64,000 nucleotides of DNA from Macrostomum lignano (GCA_002269645.1 NIVC01002532.1:1-64000); one strand, 5' to 3'; shown: positions 23,701 through 37,202, numbered from the stretch's first letter. Translations and numbers: made by a program. Notes: generated by a model not told the origin, from the sequence alone.

Positions 23701-26700
23701 CAGCCAGTACCACACGGCATCGCGGCAGTTGTACCTGGCGCCGACGCCGCCGCCGCACAGGTTGGGGATGAGGCCGTGGCGCAGGGCGCCGGCGTAGGCC
23801 AGCAGCACCGAGCGGGCGTCGTCCCAGCGGCCGGTGAGCAGCAGGAGGCCGCGCAGGGAGATGAAGGTGTCGCGGCCCCAGTTGCGGAACAGGCCGGCGG
23901 CGAAGTGCGGGAAGCCGGCCGCGATGGACAGCCGCGGCAGCTGGTCGGCCAGCGCCGGCGCCAACGGCGGCAGCGCCGAGTCGGGCGGGTCGCCGACGAA
24001 CTGCAGGGAGCCGAGAGACAGACAGAACAGCAGGCGGGAGGCGGCCGGACAGGCGGGCAGCAGCACCGAGCGGGCCCGCGCCAGCAGGGCGTCGTGAATG
24101 CGTATGACAGCCGAGCCAAAGTAGGACGGGATGAGGTAGCGCGGGACCTGCCGCATCGCCTTCAGGTACTCGGACAGCCAGGCGGCCAGCTTGGGCGCGA
24201 AGCCGCACCTGTGGTGCAATGCAGGGAGCTGAGGCTAGTCCCCTGTGTTTATTCCCCTTCCCCTTCGACTATAAGACGTATTGGCTATAATGCCAATGCC
24301 TAAATACCAAGCTGCCAGGACGAACCGCTACTGGCGCAATCCAGGGTCTGTGTACACCTGCAGTACAGGCATTTACCAAGTGTAAACTGGCACTACAGCT
24401 GCATCCTCACCTCTCAATCCGGCCCAGAACATAGTTGGGCAGCCAGTCACCCTGCCGCAGATTGCCGCACACCGGATGTCCCAGATCCTTGCGCAGGTTG
24501 ACCTCCCGCATCAGCCGGCCCAGCCGGTGCAGCCCGCAGTAGACGAGGTCGCCGAAGCTCGGCACATTGTAGATGCCGCCGCCCTCCTCGGCTGCGCAGC
24601 GGAACAGCAGGTAGGACAGGTGGTGAGCGTTCAGGCCGGACACGGCGTCCTCAAGAGATACACCGGACTCGGGCGACTTGCAGCTGAGCAGAGACTTCTT
24701 CAGGGCCAAGCAGGCCAGCTCCGAGGGCTTGTCGAGCAGAACCCGGATAGCCACCACCTGGCAGGAGTAAAGTAAACAGCTAACTTGAGCACTGCACGCA
24801 TGCATTGGGCGTTGGCACTCATCAGCGAGAATTACACAAGCCACAGGCCGCTGACGAAATCGTAGCAGGGAAACCCACAGGTGCCAGTCTAGCTACTCAC
24901 AGTGGCATGGGAAATCCACAGGTGCCAGTGTAGCTACTCACAGTGGCATGGGAAATCCACAGGTGCCAGTGTAGCTACTCACAGTGGCATGGGAAATCCA
25001 CAGGTGCCAGTGTAGCTACTCACAGTGGCATGGGAAATCCACAGGTGCCAGTCTAGCTACTCACAGTGGCATGGGAAATCCACAGGCGCCAGTCTAGCTA
25101 CTCACAGTGGCATTGTATTACAACTCACCGCTCCTGGCGGCAGGTGTTTGAAGTGCAGGCGGCCGTCACCAAAAGCCACAAGCTGCGACTTCTCCAGCGG
25201 CAGGCGCTCCCGAGCCTCGATCGAGCAGCCCGTCAGGCCGTTGATGACGCTGGGGTCGCGGACGAATTTGGCCGGTGTCTGGCTGAAGGTGAGCTCGAAG
25301 ATCACCTCACCAATGCTGCCGCTGATCGGCAGGGACGGCACGTGCGGCCGCGAGTCGGCGGTAGGCGCGGAGAAGGCGGTGTGGGCGATGAGGATGACGC
25401 TCTGGTGGCTGGCGGGATTGTGCCGGGTGACGGCCACCACGGAGTCGGTCACCTGGTCAACAAACTGCTCTTCGAAGCCTTCGGCGGCCAGATGGGCGTG
25501 CAATTCGTTCAGCAGGCGCTTGCCCTTGGTCACGGCCGGCTCCTTCTCCACCTGGTGGGGCAAATTAGAGTTTAATTTCAGCGGCACATGCGATTTCCTG
25601 GCATTCAAACAGCACCTACCAGTAGCACCGAGTCATTTTTTGTTCTCAACAAGTACTACTGGTAGTAATAGGATGCAACTCTTTAAACTTTACTTTTCAA
25701 GGCTTAAATTCGCTTTGGCATTTTAGTGCACTATTTAGCACTGAATTGACCATCTTGCAGGCTCAGAACATCCGCCAAGTTACCTGCTGCACAGTCTGGT
25801 ACAGACGAGTCTCCTGCACCACGTGGATGTGATGCGGCACAAGCTCGTCGTAGCCGCGGTTGCTGCCCGTGGCGCAAGCGGCCATGGCCACCAGGGCTGA
25901 GGCGGGCAGCAGGTTGTGTGCAGAGCGGGCCTCCACGGGGCTCGGATTGTCGTGAGTGGCGTCGAACAGCAGGGCGCGCGACACCGCCGAGCAGATGGGG
26001 TGGCTGCGCTCGCGCTGCAGGTCGCCTACAGGCGGGCCGCCGTATCTGCGATGGTTACCGGGCTTGTTAGAGAACTCGGTGATCCAGTGAGAGATAAGGG
26101 ACTGAGTGACGGATACTTGCAAAATACACAAGTGGAAGTCCAACAATTCATAAGACACCAGATTGATAAGGGACTGAGTGACGGATACTTGCAAAATACA
26201 CAAGTGGAAGTCCAACAATTCATAAGACACCAGATTGATAAGGGACTGAGTGACGGATACTTGCAAAACACACAAGTGGAAGTCCAACAATTCATAATAC
26301 ACCAGATTGATAAGGGACTGAGTGACGGATACTTGCAAAACACACAAGTGGAAGTCCAACAATTCATAAGACACCAGATTGATAAGGGACTGAGTGACGG
26401 ATACTTGCAAAACACACAAGTGGAAGTCCAACAATTCATAATACACCAGATTGATAAGGGACTGAGTGACGGATACTTGCAAAACACACAAGTGGAAGTC
26501 CAACAATTCATAATACACCAGATTGATAAGGGACTGAGTGACGGATACTTGCAAAACACACAAGTGGAAGTCCAACAATTCATAAGACACCAGATTGATA
26601 AGGGACTGAGTGACGGATACTTGCAAAATACACAAGTGGAAGTCCAACAATTCATAAGACACCAGATTGATAAGGGACTGAGTGACGGATACTTGCAAAA

Positions 26701-29700
26701 CACACAAGTGGAAGTCCAACAATTCATAATACATCAGATTGATAAGGGACTGAGTGACGGATACTTGCAAAACACACAAGTGGAAGTCCAACAATTCATA
26801 AGACACCAGATTGATAAGGGACTGAGTGACGGATACTTGCAAAACACACAAGTGGAAGTCCTACAATTCATAATACACCAGATTGATAAGGGACTGAGTG
26901 ACGGATACTTGCAAAATACACAAGTGGAAGTCCTACAATTCATAATACACCAGATTGATAAGGGACTGAGTGACGGATACTTGCAAAACACACAAGTGGA
27001 AGTCCTACAATTCATAAGACACCAGATTGATAAGGGACTGAGTGACGGATACTTGCAAAACACACAAGTGGAAGTCCAACAATTCATAATACACCAGATT
27101 GATAAGGGACTGAGTGACGGATACTTGCAAAACACACAAGTGGAAGTCCAACAATTCATAATACACCAGATTGATAAGGGACTGAGTGACGGATACTTGC
27201 AAAACACACAAGTGGAAGTCCAACAATTCATAAGACACCAGATTGATAAGGGACTGAGTGACGGATACTTGCAAAATACACAAGTGGAAGTCCAACAATT
27301 CATAAGACACCAGATTGATAAGGGACTGAGTGACGGATACTTGCAAAATACACAAGTGGAAGTCCTACAATTCATAATACACCAGATTGATAAGGGACTG
27401 AGTGACGGATACTTGCAAAATACACAAGTGGAAGTCCTACAGTTCATAATACACCAGATTGATAAGGGACTGAGTTACGGATACTTGCAAAATACACAAG
27501 TGGAAGTCCTACAATTCATAAGACACCAGATTGATAAGGGACTGAGTGACGGATACTTGCAAAACACACAAGTGGAAGTCCAACAATTCATAATACACCA
27601 GATTGATAAGGGACTGAGTGACGGATACTTGCAAAACACACAAGTGGAAGTCCTACAGTTCATAATACACCAGATTGATAAGGGACTGAGTTACGGATAC
27701 TTGCAAAATACACAAGTGGAAGTCCTACAATTCATAAGACACCAGATTGATAAGGGACTGAGTTACGGATACTTGCAAAACACACAAGTGAAAGTCCTAC
27801 AGTTCATAAGACATCAGAGTGATAAGGGATGGAGTGACGGATAGCTTGTAAGCCGGTGCCAACACTGCAACTCACTTGTAAACCTGCCTGCCCAGCTCAA
27901 ACGGACTCCAAGCGCTTAAAGCCTCCCGAATGCACGAGCTGATGCCCAGCCGGCTGATGAAGATATTGTCCAGCCTCTCCGAGCCGGTGAACAGCTCGCC
28001 AGTAACGTAGAGGTCGGGCCGCACAGCCCGGGCCCTGTCAAGCATGTGCTGCGCCACGTGCAGCGGAGTGGAGTGGCAGTTGTCGAGGCGGACAGCATGG
28101 AACACCCGGGCGGTGCTCTCGGTGTACTCGGCCATGCGCTGCCACAGGTAGGGGCAGTCGTCGGGACCCCGGCCGTAGCGCAGCTTCACTGAGTCGCCCC
28201 AGACGATGAGCTCACGGCGCAGGAATATGTTGCAGTCGGGCTGCTCGGCAAAGTTGCGCATCGGGTCGTCGTTCATCACCCAGCCGTTGTGCGCCATGAC
28301 GCGGACGGCCCGGTCAGGCGAGTCAAGGACCTGCCGCTCGCAGCTGGACAGGGGGATGTCAGGCCACTGGTGCAGGAAGTAGTTCCACACCATCGGCGTG
28401 TCCGCTGTGACCCGGCCGAGCAGCTCGCCATCCGGGTTCACGAACCTGGGGAAAGGAGCAACGCGATGGGTTCATCTTTTGCTGACGAAATGTACCACCA
28501 GCTACAAGCTACACAGTTTGAATTCGCGCCAAAATTTAACTTCTTAGAAACTTCAAACACTGTCAGAAAGCATTAAACAATGTCCCATTTAGCGCGCTAT
28601 TATTAAAAAGCGTGCCGAAGGAGTCTGATGTTGACATTTTATAGAATGTATAAAATGATTTGAAACGACCTAGTTAATAAAGCGAAAGAAATAACGGAAG
28701 AAGCAAACGTAACAGGAGTTAAAGTAAAGTCTTTAAATTCGAGAATCGGCTCGAGCTTCTTTTTCGGTACCAAAAATGAAGCCCAAGGGCATTCTGGCTA
28801 TGATTTTAATTGGACTTATCTAAGAGCAGGCTGATTACCAAATCCGAAAATACAAGAAATACCACAATCAGTCAGTCACCTGTATCTGGCGCCAGCAATA
28901 GCATTGTCCACAGCAGCTGAGATGTGAACCGCAATCTCCTTGGCTCGCTCGGCATTAAGATAGTCCAGGTGCTGGCGCAGGCTGGCAGCGGCCCGGTCCA
29001 CGGAGGCGGGCAGGTGCCTGACGGGCAGGTAGTGGTACTTGGCGGCCAGGTCCATGCGCACCCTACAGCCGTGCCTGCGATAGGCCGGGTCTGGCTGCAG
29101 CAGCAGCAGCTCTGGGGCCAGCGATTCCAGCTGGCCGGTGGTGGGGCAGTGCCCGGACACCAGGTAGGCGGAGAACTCGGCCACCAGGTTGTCCACGTGG
29201 CACAAGTAGAAATCGGAAATATTTAGTCCCTCCAAGATAGCGCGCAGTTTCTGCTTGGCCTAAAATGGGTACGACAGGCTGCCCTTGATTGGCTGACCAC
29301 TTGGGTAGCTACTGAAACCCAAGCTGCTTAAACCCAAGCTACTCAAACCCAAGCTGCTCAAACCCAAGCTGCTCAAACCCAAGCTACTGAAACCCAAGCT
29401 GCTTGAACCAAAGCTGCTCAAACCCAAGCTCCTCAAACCCAAGCTACCCAAACCCAAGCTGCGCAAACCCAAGCTACTCAAACCAAAGCTACTCAAACCC
29501 AAGCTACTCAAACGAAAGCTGCTCAAACCCAAGCTACTCAAACCCAAGCTGCTCAAACCTAAGCTACTCAAACCCAAGCTACTCAAACCCAAGCTGCTCA
29601 AACGAAAGCTGCTCAAACCCAAGCTGCTCAAACCCAAGCTACTCAAACCCAAGCTGCTCAAACGAAAGCTGCTCAAATCCAAGCTACTCAAACCCAAGCT

Positions 29701-31811
29701 GCTCAAACCCAAGCTACTCAAACCCAAGCTGCTCAAACCCAAGCTGCTCAAACGAAAGCTGCTCAAATCCAAGCTACTCAAACCCAAGCTGCTCAAACCC
29801 AAGCTACTCAAACCCAAGCTACTCAAACCCAAGCTGCTTAAACGAAAGCTGCTAAAACCCAAGCTACTCAAACCCAAGCTGCTCAAACGAAAGCTGCTCA
29901 AACCCAAGCTGCTCAAACCCAAGCTACTCAAACCCAAGCTACTCAAACCCAAGCTGCTTAAACGAAAGCTGCTAAAACCCAAGCTACTCAAACCCAAGCT
30001 GCTCAAACGAAAGCTGCTAAAACCCAAGCTGCTCAAACCCAAGCTACTCAAACCCAAGCTACTCAAACCCAAGCTGCTTAAACGAAAGCTGCTAAAACCC
30101 AAGCTACTCAAACCCAAGCTGCTCAAACCCAAGCTACTCAAACCCAAGCTACTCAAACCCAAGCTGCTCAAACGAAAGCTGCTCAAACCCAAGCTACTGA
30201 AACCCAAGCTGCTCAAACCCAAACTACTCAAACCCAAGCTGCTCAAACGAAAGCTGCTCAAACCCAAGCTGCTCAAACCCAAGCTACTTAAACCCAAGCT
30301 ACTCAAACCCAAGCTACTCAAGCCAAGCTACTCAAACGAAAGCTGCTCAAACCCAAGCTACTAAAACCCAAGCTGCTCAAACCCAAGCTACTTAAACCTA
30401 AGCTGCTCAAACGAAAGCTGCTCAAACCCAAGCTACTTAAACCCAAAGCTACCCAAAACGACCAAAATCCAGTCACTGAAGCTCCTCAAACCTTCTCCAG
30501 ATGCTCCTCCGTGGAAACTTTGTCTCCAAGGCCGTCAGCTTTGTAGTCGCCCCTAGCGATGCACTCGGACCAGTGCACGATGGCCCGATCAACCAGATAG
30601 GCGGGTCGCAGGTGCGGTGTGTTCACCAAGTTGTAGGCGCACTCGGGGTGCTCGGCAATCCAGGGCGAATCGTTGGCCGTGTGGTTGAAGACGAGATCGG
30701 CCATAGACAGCAGGCCGAGCTCCGTCTGCAGCCGTTCGATCAGGGCCGAAATCTGCGGCCAATCGGCGGCGAAGGCTGGATTTGGTTTGAGCTGGTCGCG
30801 CAGCGAGTAGGCAGAGTGGGAGTAGCCCAGCTCCTGCAGCGGCGTGAAGTGAATCATGTTGTAGCCGCAGGCTGCCGCCACAGACAGGCGGGGCAGCCAG
30901 CCGGACAGCGGGCCCAGGCTCTTGGCCAGGTAAGTCTGCACCTTCAGGCCCTGTAAGTGGGAATGGTAGAAGGAATCACTTAAGTCAGCTGAAATGCCAA
31001 GCTGACCAGCAGAGCTACTCGTATTACTAAGGAACGAATTCCCGAACTCAAAATAGATTTCTAATTCATCATTAGCCTGATGGCTTTCGAAACCTTATAA
31101 AGATCCTCGCCTTAACAACAGATATGGAATGAAAAGCTGGTGGTGTCCTTAGGTGCAAAAGCAAAAATAGATTGCTTTGATAAAATTTTGCCTTTTACTT
31201 TTCTGGTCACTACTAAAGTCCAACTACCAAGGCGAAGTGTGCAACTCAGACAATGAAGTCAAGGCCGCGGTGCACTCTGTGAGTGCTGTGTGCTCACGGA
31301 TCAGCAAAATAAGCAAAACTCCTTAACTGACGCCTTGATCTGCACCCTGCAAACCAACTCAAGGACTCATTCAACATGCTGGCAAGTTTCAATAAGTTCA
31401 AGCACGAACCTCCAGCGGCACGGAGAGCGGCAGCTGCGGCTCTACCACGAAGCTTCCAACGGCCACAGCAGCCTGGGTCGCCGCCTCCTCGCCACCGACA
31501 GCCGGACGCAGAAGCCGGAAATCAAAGCAGCCAGCCTGGCAGATGAGCAGATCGGCGCAGGCATCGAAACAGTCCAGCGGGTGAGCCGAGGTGAAGCCCA
31601 GGCGGCGCCAGGCGGATCGGCTGAAGGCCGCATCGGCAGCGGGCGGGTGGTTGGTCTCGAGCAGCAGGTTGCTGTGCTGGCCGACCAGGCTGTGGTGCAG
31701 GGTGAAGCGCAGCAAATCGCCAGCCCGCAGGCGGTGCAGGGCTCCCTCTGTGTTCAGGCCGTCGCTGAGCGGCAGCTCCAGCACCTCGCCGGCGTCGCTG
31801 TTGGTGTCCAT
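20762..31811 (-). CDS. AGL: Glycogen debranching enzyme (amylo-alpha-1,6-glucosidase / 4-alpha-glucanotransferase), ~1471 aa, 11 coding exons
   Basis: Exons 31811-31410, 30950-30492, 29259-28880, 28445-27876, 26045-25784, 25551-25129, 24757-24411, 24208-23575, 23270-22978, 22415-21857, 20848-20762; all GT..AG and phase-compatible. Motifs [70 protein letters not shown]. Confidence 0.96.
21205..21722. repeat. ~19-bp minisatellite (CTCTGCCCCCTTACACATG)n in the last AGL intron
   Basis: About 27 units; source of the spurious ORFs at 21123-21801. Confidence 0.9.
24868..25112. repeat. 41-bp minisatellite (6 units) in AGL intron 6
   Basis: Unit GGGAAATCCACAGGTGCCAGTGTAGCTACTCACAGTGGCAT. Confidence 0.9.
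26093..27843. repeat. 63-bp minisatellite (~28 units) in AGL intron 4
   Basis: Unit GATAAGGGACTGAGTGACGGATACTTGCAAAACACACAAGTGGAAGTCCAACAATTCATAAGACACCAGATT-type, highly homogeneous. Lies between AGL donor 27875 and acceptor 26046. Confidence 0.95.
29315..30455. repeat. 15-bp minisatellite (AAACCCAAGCTACTC)n, ~75 units, in AGL intron 2
   Basis: Directly visible; source of the LSSLG and SNPSY ORFs. Confidence 0.95.
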
Positions 31812-31989
31812 GAGTGAGGCCTCTGCAAGAGTCAGGCCAACATATCAGGACATAGAGGGGTGCAGACACAACAGATCGAAACAAATAAAGCTACTCATCA
31901 CAAAGAATGAAACTTTTACAGCGGAATAATCAACAGTGGTTACATGAAGGGCAGATAGTGATGACGTGGAGGGCCAGACACTGGGTGCA

Positions 31990-32850
31990 TAAAGGGTCGG
32001 ACAGCGGGTACATGGAAGGGCGGACAGCGGGCGCATGGGTGTGGACGGTGGGTACATGGAAGGGCGGACAGCGGGCGCATGGGTGTGGACGGTGGGTACA
32101 TGGAAGGGCGGACAACGGGCGCATGGGTGTGGACGGTGGGTACATGGAAGGGCGGACAGCGGGCGCATGGGTGTGGACGGTGGGTACATGGAAGGGCGGA
32201 CAGCGGGCGCATGGGTGTGGACGGTGGGTACATGGAAGGGCGGACAGCGGGCGCATGGGTGTGGACGGTGGGTACATGGAAGGGCGGACAGCGGGCGCAT
32301 GGGTGTGGAAGGTGGGTACATGGAAGGGCGGACAGCGGGCGCATGGGTGTGGACGGTGGGTACATGGAAGGGCGGACAGCGGGCGCATGGGTGTGGAAGG
32401 TGGGTACATGGAAGGGCGGACAGCGGGCGCATGGGTGTGGACGGTGGGTACATGGAAGGGCGGACAGTGGGCGCATGGGTGTGGACGGTGGGTACATGGG
32501 GGCGGAAAGTGGATACATGGGGGCGGACGGCGGGTACAGGGGGCGGAAAGTGGGTGCATGGAGGGGCGGACAATGGGTACCTAGAGGGGTGGACAGTGGG
32601 TACATGGAGGGGCGGACAATGAGTACATAGAGGGGCAGACAGTGGGTACATGGAGGGGCGGACAGTGGGTACATGGAGGGGCGGACAGTGGGTACATGGG
32701 GGCGGACAGTGAGTACATGGGGGCGGACAGTGGGTACATGGGTGCGGACGGGTGGGTACATGGAGGGGCGGACAGTGGGTACATGGGGGGACAGTGGGTA
32801 CATGGGGGCGGACAGTGGGTACATGGGGCGGACGGGTGGGTACACTGAGG
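31990..32850. repeat. G-rich 44-bp minisatellite grading into ~22-24-bp subunits, upstream of the AGL ATG (probable 5'UTR intron)
   Basis: Unit GGTGGGTACATGGAAGGGCGGACAGCGGGCGCATGGGTGTGGAC. An AGL-strand acceptor ttgcag is at 31823. Confidence 0.9.
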
Positions 32851-33426
32851 GTGCGGATAGGCTTCTGAGCGATAGGCTTCCGGCTTCCGGTGCTGATGTG
32901 ATTTAAGAGCGAGAGAAATGTTTCCAACGGGGCGCCCCCACAGGTGCCTGGCACTAGCAAACACAACAGAGGAGCGGCGGAGAAGTCTAGCTGATAGTCT
33001 CAGACAGACAATTTCGGGTCAGGCTTATCAAGCCAGCCAAGAGCTAGCAAATTACTTGTGACTGACGGCCACAAAAGCGTAACAGAAATAAATCTGAGTA
33101 AAGCAAACAGCTTAGCAAGCTGCACTTGTCAGAATTCTCACTCAGGAACACAGGCGGAAAAGCAGAGCAGATCTCCCGCGCCAATGAGTGCACTGGAGTT
33201 CAATCCGGCGTGTATTTTTTGCAAAACTGCAAACTTAGGAAAAATTAATTTATCAAAGGATTTTCTAATTCCAGGCGGCATCAGGCAGCAACAACAATGT
33301 TGCAAAGAATCGCAATTAAAACTAATTTAACTAGCTAACAGATAGCAGTCACTGGGCAGCATAGCACGGAACAGGGGAAGGAGGGAAAAATGCTGAGGCT
33401 GCCGTTTCCTAAACTATAGCAACAAA

Positions 33427-33590
33427 ATAACTGCATGTACAGGTGATTAGCCAGCACTGCGGCCAGGCCAAACTGCATGTACAGGTGATTAGCCAGCACT
33501 GCGGCCAGGCCAAACTGCATGTACAGGTGATTAGCCAGCACTGCGGCCAGGCCAAACTGCATGTACAGGTGATTAGCCAGCACTGCGGCC
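33427..33590. repeat. 42-bp tandem repeat (4 units)
   Basis: Unit AAACTGCATGTACAGGTGATTAGCCAGCACTGCGGCCAGGCC. Confidence 0.9.
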
Positions 33591-33690
33591 AAGACAGGGG
33601 CCAAACTGCATTAACAAAAATAGCATTTATGCAGGAACATCAAACTACAATGAGTGCACTATTCAGATCAGAAAGTACATGTAGCAGGCA

Positions 33691-33924
33691 CAATTGAACT
33701 AAGCCTTGCAAGCATGATCGCATTCGAATACTCTCAGAATGTTAAAGTTAGCCGACAAAAGTCCCAATTGAACTAAGCCTTGCAAGCATGATCGCATTCG
33801 AATACTCTCAGAATGTTAAAGTTAGCCGACAAAAGTCCCAATTGAACTAAGCCTTGCAAGCATGATCGCATTCGAATACTCTCAGAATGTTAAAGTTAGC
33901 CGACAAAAGTCCCAATTGAACTAA
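33691..33924. repeat. 74-bp tandem repeat (3 units plus)
   Basis: CAATTGAACTAAGCC starts at 33691, 33765 and 33839; a partial unit starts at 33913. Confidence 0.9.
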
Positions 33925-34205
33925 AAATTCATTTTAATGGCTGGCCGACTGGAAATCAAAAGCCACGAAAGCGCGGCGAACTCAACGCGGACAAATATTG
34001 GGTGGTAGAAAGCTTATGACCGAGCACGGTAATCTAGCTGCATAGCAACAGCAATCAGTTCCCTTGGATACAAGAGCGTATTTACAGGGCCTACCGCTGC
34101 TGTCTTCTCTATATAAGCATCCCAAAGGCAGCCAGAGTCAATTTGTTCAATGCAGCAAAGATTAGGAAAACACTGGGCATTGATAAGCGGCTGGGAATGC
34201 CCGGA

Positions 34206-36714
34206 TCAACGCAGGCCGCTCAACCCGACGCCGCTCAGCGGGCCGGCCTTCCGCCCGGAGCCGCCGCCAGCCGTGGCCGCCGCCTTGCGCTTCTTGGCGG
34301 CCTCCTGCGACTCGACCAGCTGCTGCTGCCTTAGCCGGAACTCGGCCATGGGGTCCTCGAAGCCGCTGTAGAACTCCAGCACCCCCCGGACATCGTCCAC
34401 TCGCTCGGCCAGCAGCATCCGCAGGAAGGCGGCGAGGTCGATGAGCTCCAGGTCGCGGTCGTCGCCGCGCCAGCGCCGCATCGCCAGGCAGTTGCGCGGC
34501 TGCAACTGGCAGGCCTTGGCGTCCCAGTCCACGAAGATCACCTTGGACAGGTCCCGGTTGAGGCAGGACAGGTCCTTCAGGTGCACGCCGTCTCGGTAGC
34601 GCGTGGACTCTCGGTAGAGCCGGTAGTGCAGGAACTGCCGGTCCGGATCCACCTGCGGACGAGTGGAGATAAACTATTGATAACTACTGTCCACAATTCA
34701 GATTCTTGTTCTAAGTCAACAAAACTTGATGCACAGAAATATTTCAAGCATTGATGGATAAAAGGTGTGCACAGCATGCGACTCTGGTAGGTCGCAGCTC
34801 TCACCCTGTGTTTTAAACACAAACAAAACTGCTGCCCTATCAAAACAGAGTGAACTGCACTTGGAGCTCACCCTGTGCTTCTACCGCAGCTAAGAACTGC
34901 TGCCCTATCACAACAGAGTGAACTGCACTTGGAGCTCACCCTGTGCTTCTACCGCAGCTAAGAACTGCTGCCCTATCACAACAGAGTGAACTGCACTTGG
35001 AGCTCACCCTGTGCTTCTACCGCAGCTAAGAACTGCTGCCCTATCACAACAGAGTGAACAGCACTTGGAGCTCACCCTGTGCTTCTACCGCAGCTAAGAA
35101 CTACTGCCCAATCACAAGTGAACTGCACTTGAAGCACAGCTTAATTTGCCCCATTGGCTGTTTTTTTAGATTGACGCAAGCTGCCTGTTCGCAGCTCTGC
35201 TCAACAGACGAACTACCAAAGCAGCAAAAACTGTCAGCAGAAAAATCCCCCCATAGTAGTTGACGCGCGAAAAATGGCTTTGTATTTCCAGTGTTTTAAA
35301 GCGCTGGGGGGAATTGTTAAGTAAAGTATTACTTAAGAAGTACAATCTTCTGCAACATTGCCACAATGCAATTTAGCCAGCCACAATGCAATCTGGCGAG
35401 CAATAGCCTCGCTGCTAAAGTGTGCTCATTCAATCAGCTAAGGGGTTCGCATGCCACAGAAAACGCTATATAAAAAGCTGACCTGCTTGAGCACCGGGTC
35501 CAGGTTCATCATGGTGTCCTTGGTGTAGACCACAACTTCAAAGTAGGGCGCCACCTGCTGCAAGAAGACGTCCAGACCAGGCCGCTTCTTGAACCGCCAG
35601 CCGGTGCGAAACGACCACTCGCTGTGCAGCAGGATGCCGGTGACCTCCAGCACCAGGGTGTAGGGCGGCTGGTAGTAAGGCGGCTGAGCCGGGTCCGGCA
35701 GCAGCTTGTCGGAGATCGGATCCTTGATACTGCGGTTGAAATCGCGCATGTTGGCCAGGGCGCGCAGCAGGTAGGCGACGGGCAGCGGCCTGTCCGAGAA
35801 TCGGTCGGGCACGGGGCGGCCGGACTCGTCCGCCTCCGGCTGGCCGAACGAAATCAGTGTGCCGGCGGCGCCAACCGAGACAAAAGCGCCGAACAGAACC
35901 AGGCTGAGCTTCCAGCTGTTTTTGCCTGCGGGGTGGTCATGATGCCCCTTGGCTCAGCTCCAACTCCAGACATTTGCACCCGCTTCAACCCCCCCCCCAA
36001 GTTAAACCGCACATTCTTATTGGTGTTTCGAGCTGACGTCATCAATGCAAAGCCAGCCAGCCTTCTGGGACCTTTGAGACATTCAATAAAGATCGCAGTT
36101 TTTCAGCTTCTTCATCTCAAATAAATGAAGACAGATCCTGAAACATGGCCACTGATTGTAGCAAATGCGAACTTCTACGTGTTTCCAAAGTGAGATTCGA
36201 ACTCGCGGTAGGCCAGGACCGGTTATTTAGTTCTTGTGCTCGTAGTCAACTGGCCTTAACCTCAGAGCCAGGACCCTATCCGGTGGCGCACACGTTTGAA
36301 GTTCTATTTAACTATCAGCCCGCAGCCATCTTGCACACACTATCAGAGATTCGCTTTCCCTATCCGGTGGCGCACACGTTTGAACTTCTATTTCACTATC
36401 AGCTCGCAGCCATCTTGCACACACTATCAGAGATTCGCTTCCATTCTCTTGCAACTCTTCAGTAGGCGATCGCTTAATAGCGAACCTTAATTACCTGTCC
36501 ATCGACTCTCTTCAGCGGGAGGCGGCGGCGGCTGCTGCTGCGGCGGGGACCGCGGCTGGCCCTGCGGCTCAGCGGGAGCAGCAAAGCACCGGCAGCAGAG
36601 CAGCTGGCCGGGCAGAGGGGCCAGCAGCGCCAGCGGGCGAATTGGCTGACAGCCACTGCTGGCAAGCAGGCTGAGGAGGCGAGCGCCTCGGGACCGGGAC
36701 AGCACCGAGAGCAT
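34206..36714 (-). CDS. TIMM50: Mitochondrial import inner membrane translocase subunit TIM50, 3 exons
   Basis: Exons 36714-36495, 35925-35483, 34652-34206, phase-compatible. Arg-rich presequence, TM segment [21 protein letters not shown], and [29 protein letters not shown] and KDLSCLNRD motifs. Confidence 0.95.
34795..35130. repeat. 68-bp tandem repeat (~4.5 units) in TIM50 intron 2
   Basis: GAGTGAAC recurs at 34848, 34916, 34984 and 35052. Confidence 0.88.
36185..36272 (-). other. Degenerate tRNA-like segment (pseudo-tRNA or SINE head) in TIM50 intron 1
   Basis: Minus strand TGGCTCTGAGGTTAAGGC ... GCGAGTTCGAATCTCAC resembles A and B boxes; no convincing acceptor stem. Confidence 0.35.
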
Positions 36715-37202
36715 GGGAGACTTGGCGGAATGCGCCACTGCATGAAAGGGTGCGCGCAGCACTGGCAGTCATTTCTGATGGTTTCTACTTGAATTTGTTT
36801 AGCAAGGTTCGAGAGAGAGTAGTAGAGTATAGCATGCTACAATAAGAAATAGCATAATTTGATATAGCAAAGCAAAAATAATATGGCACAAAATAGTATC
36901 TACAAACTATTATAAAAAATACTAGTGCACTAGTTGGTTGTCTAATGCACAATTAGGCATTGGCTAATTTGGCTACAATCAAGCAAGTAACTAAATAAAT
37001 TAATGCCTTCAAACTATTTTATATATAAGGGGACAATGTAAATAATGTAAAAATGATCTAGCCATTAGGGCATCAAAACTAAATAAGTTTATAATGACAA
37101 GTAACAGAAGTATCCACATTAGCTATTAGTCTTAGTCTATGCTCATATTAGATAGGTCCATATTGATAGGACTAATATATTGTAAGCATATCATCCATGC
37201 GT

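Noticed and set aside
26093-27843. Possible CRISPR-like array (also considered for the other regular arrays)
   Set aside because: Units are contiguous near-identical copies with no unique spacers, there are no cas genes, and the context is eukaryotic intron.
25916-27844. 642-aa plus-strand ORF with 21-aa repeats ([21 protein letters not shown]..)
   Set aside because: It is the 63-bp array inside AGL intron 4 read antisense, and its start overlaps an AGL exon. A stop-free triplet-length unit produces such ORFs automatically.
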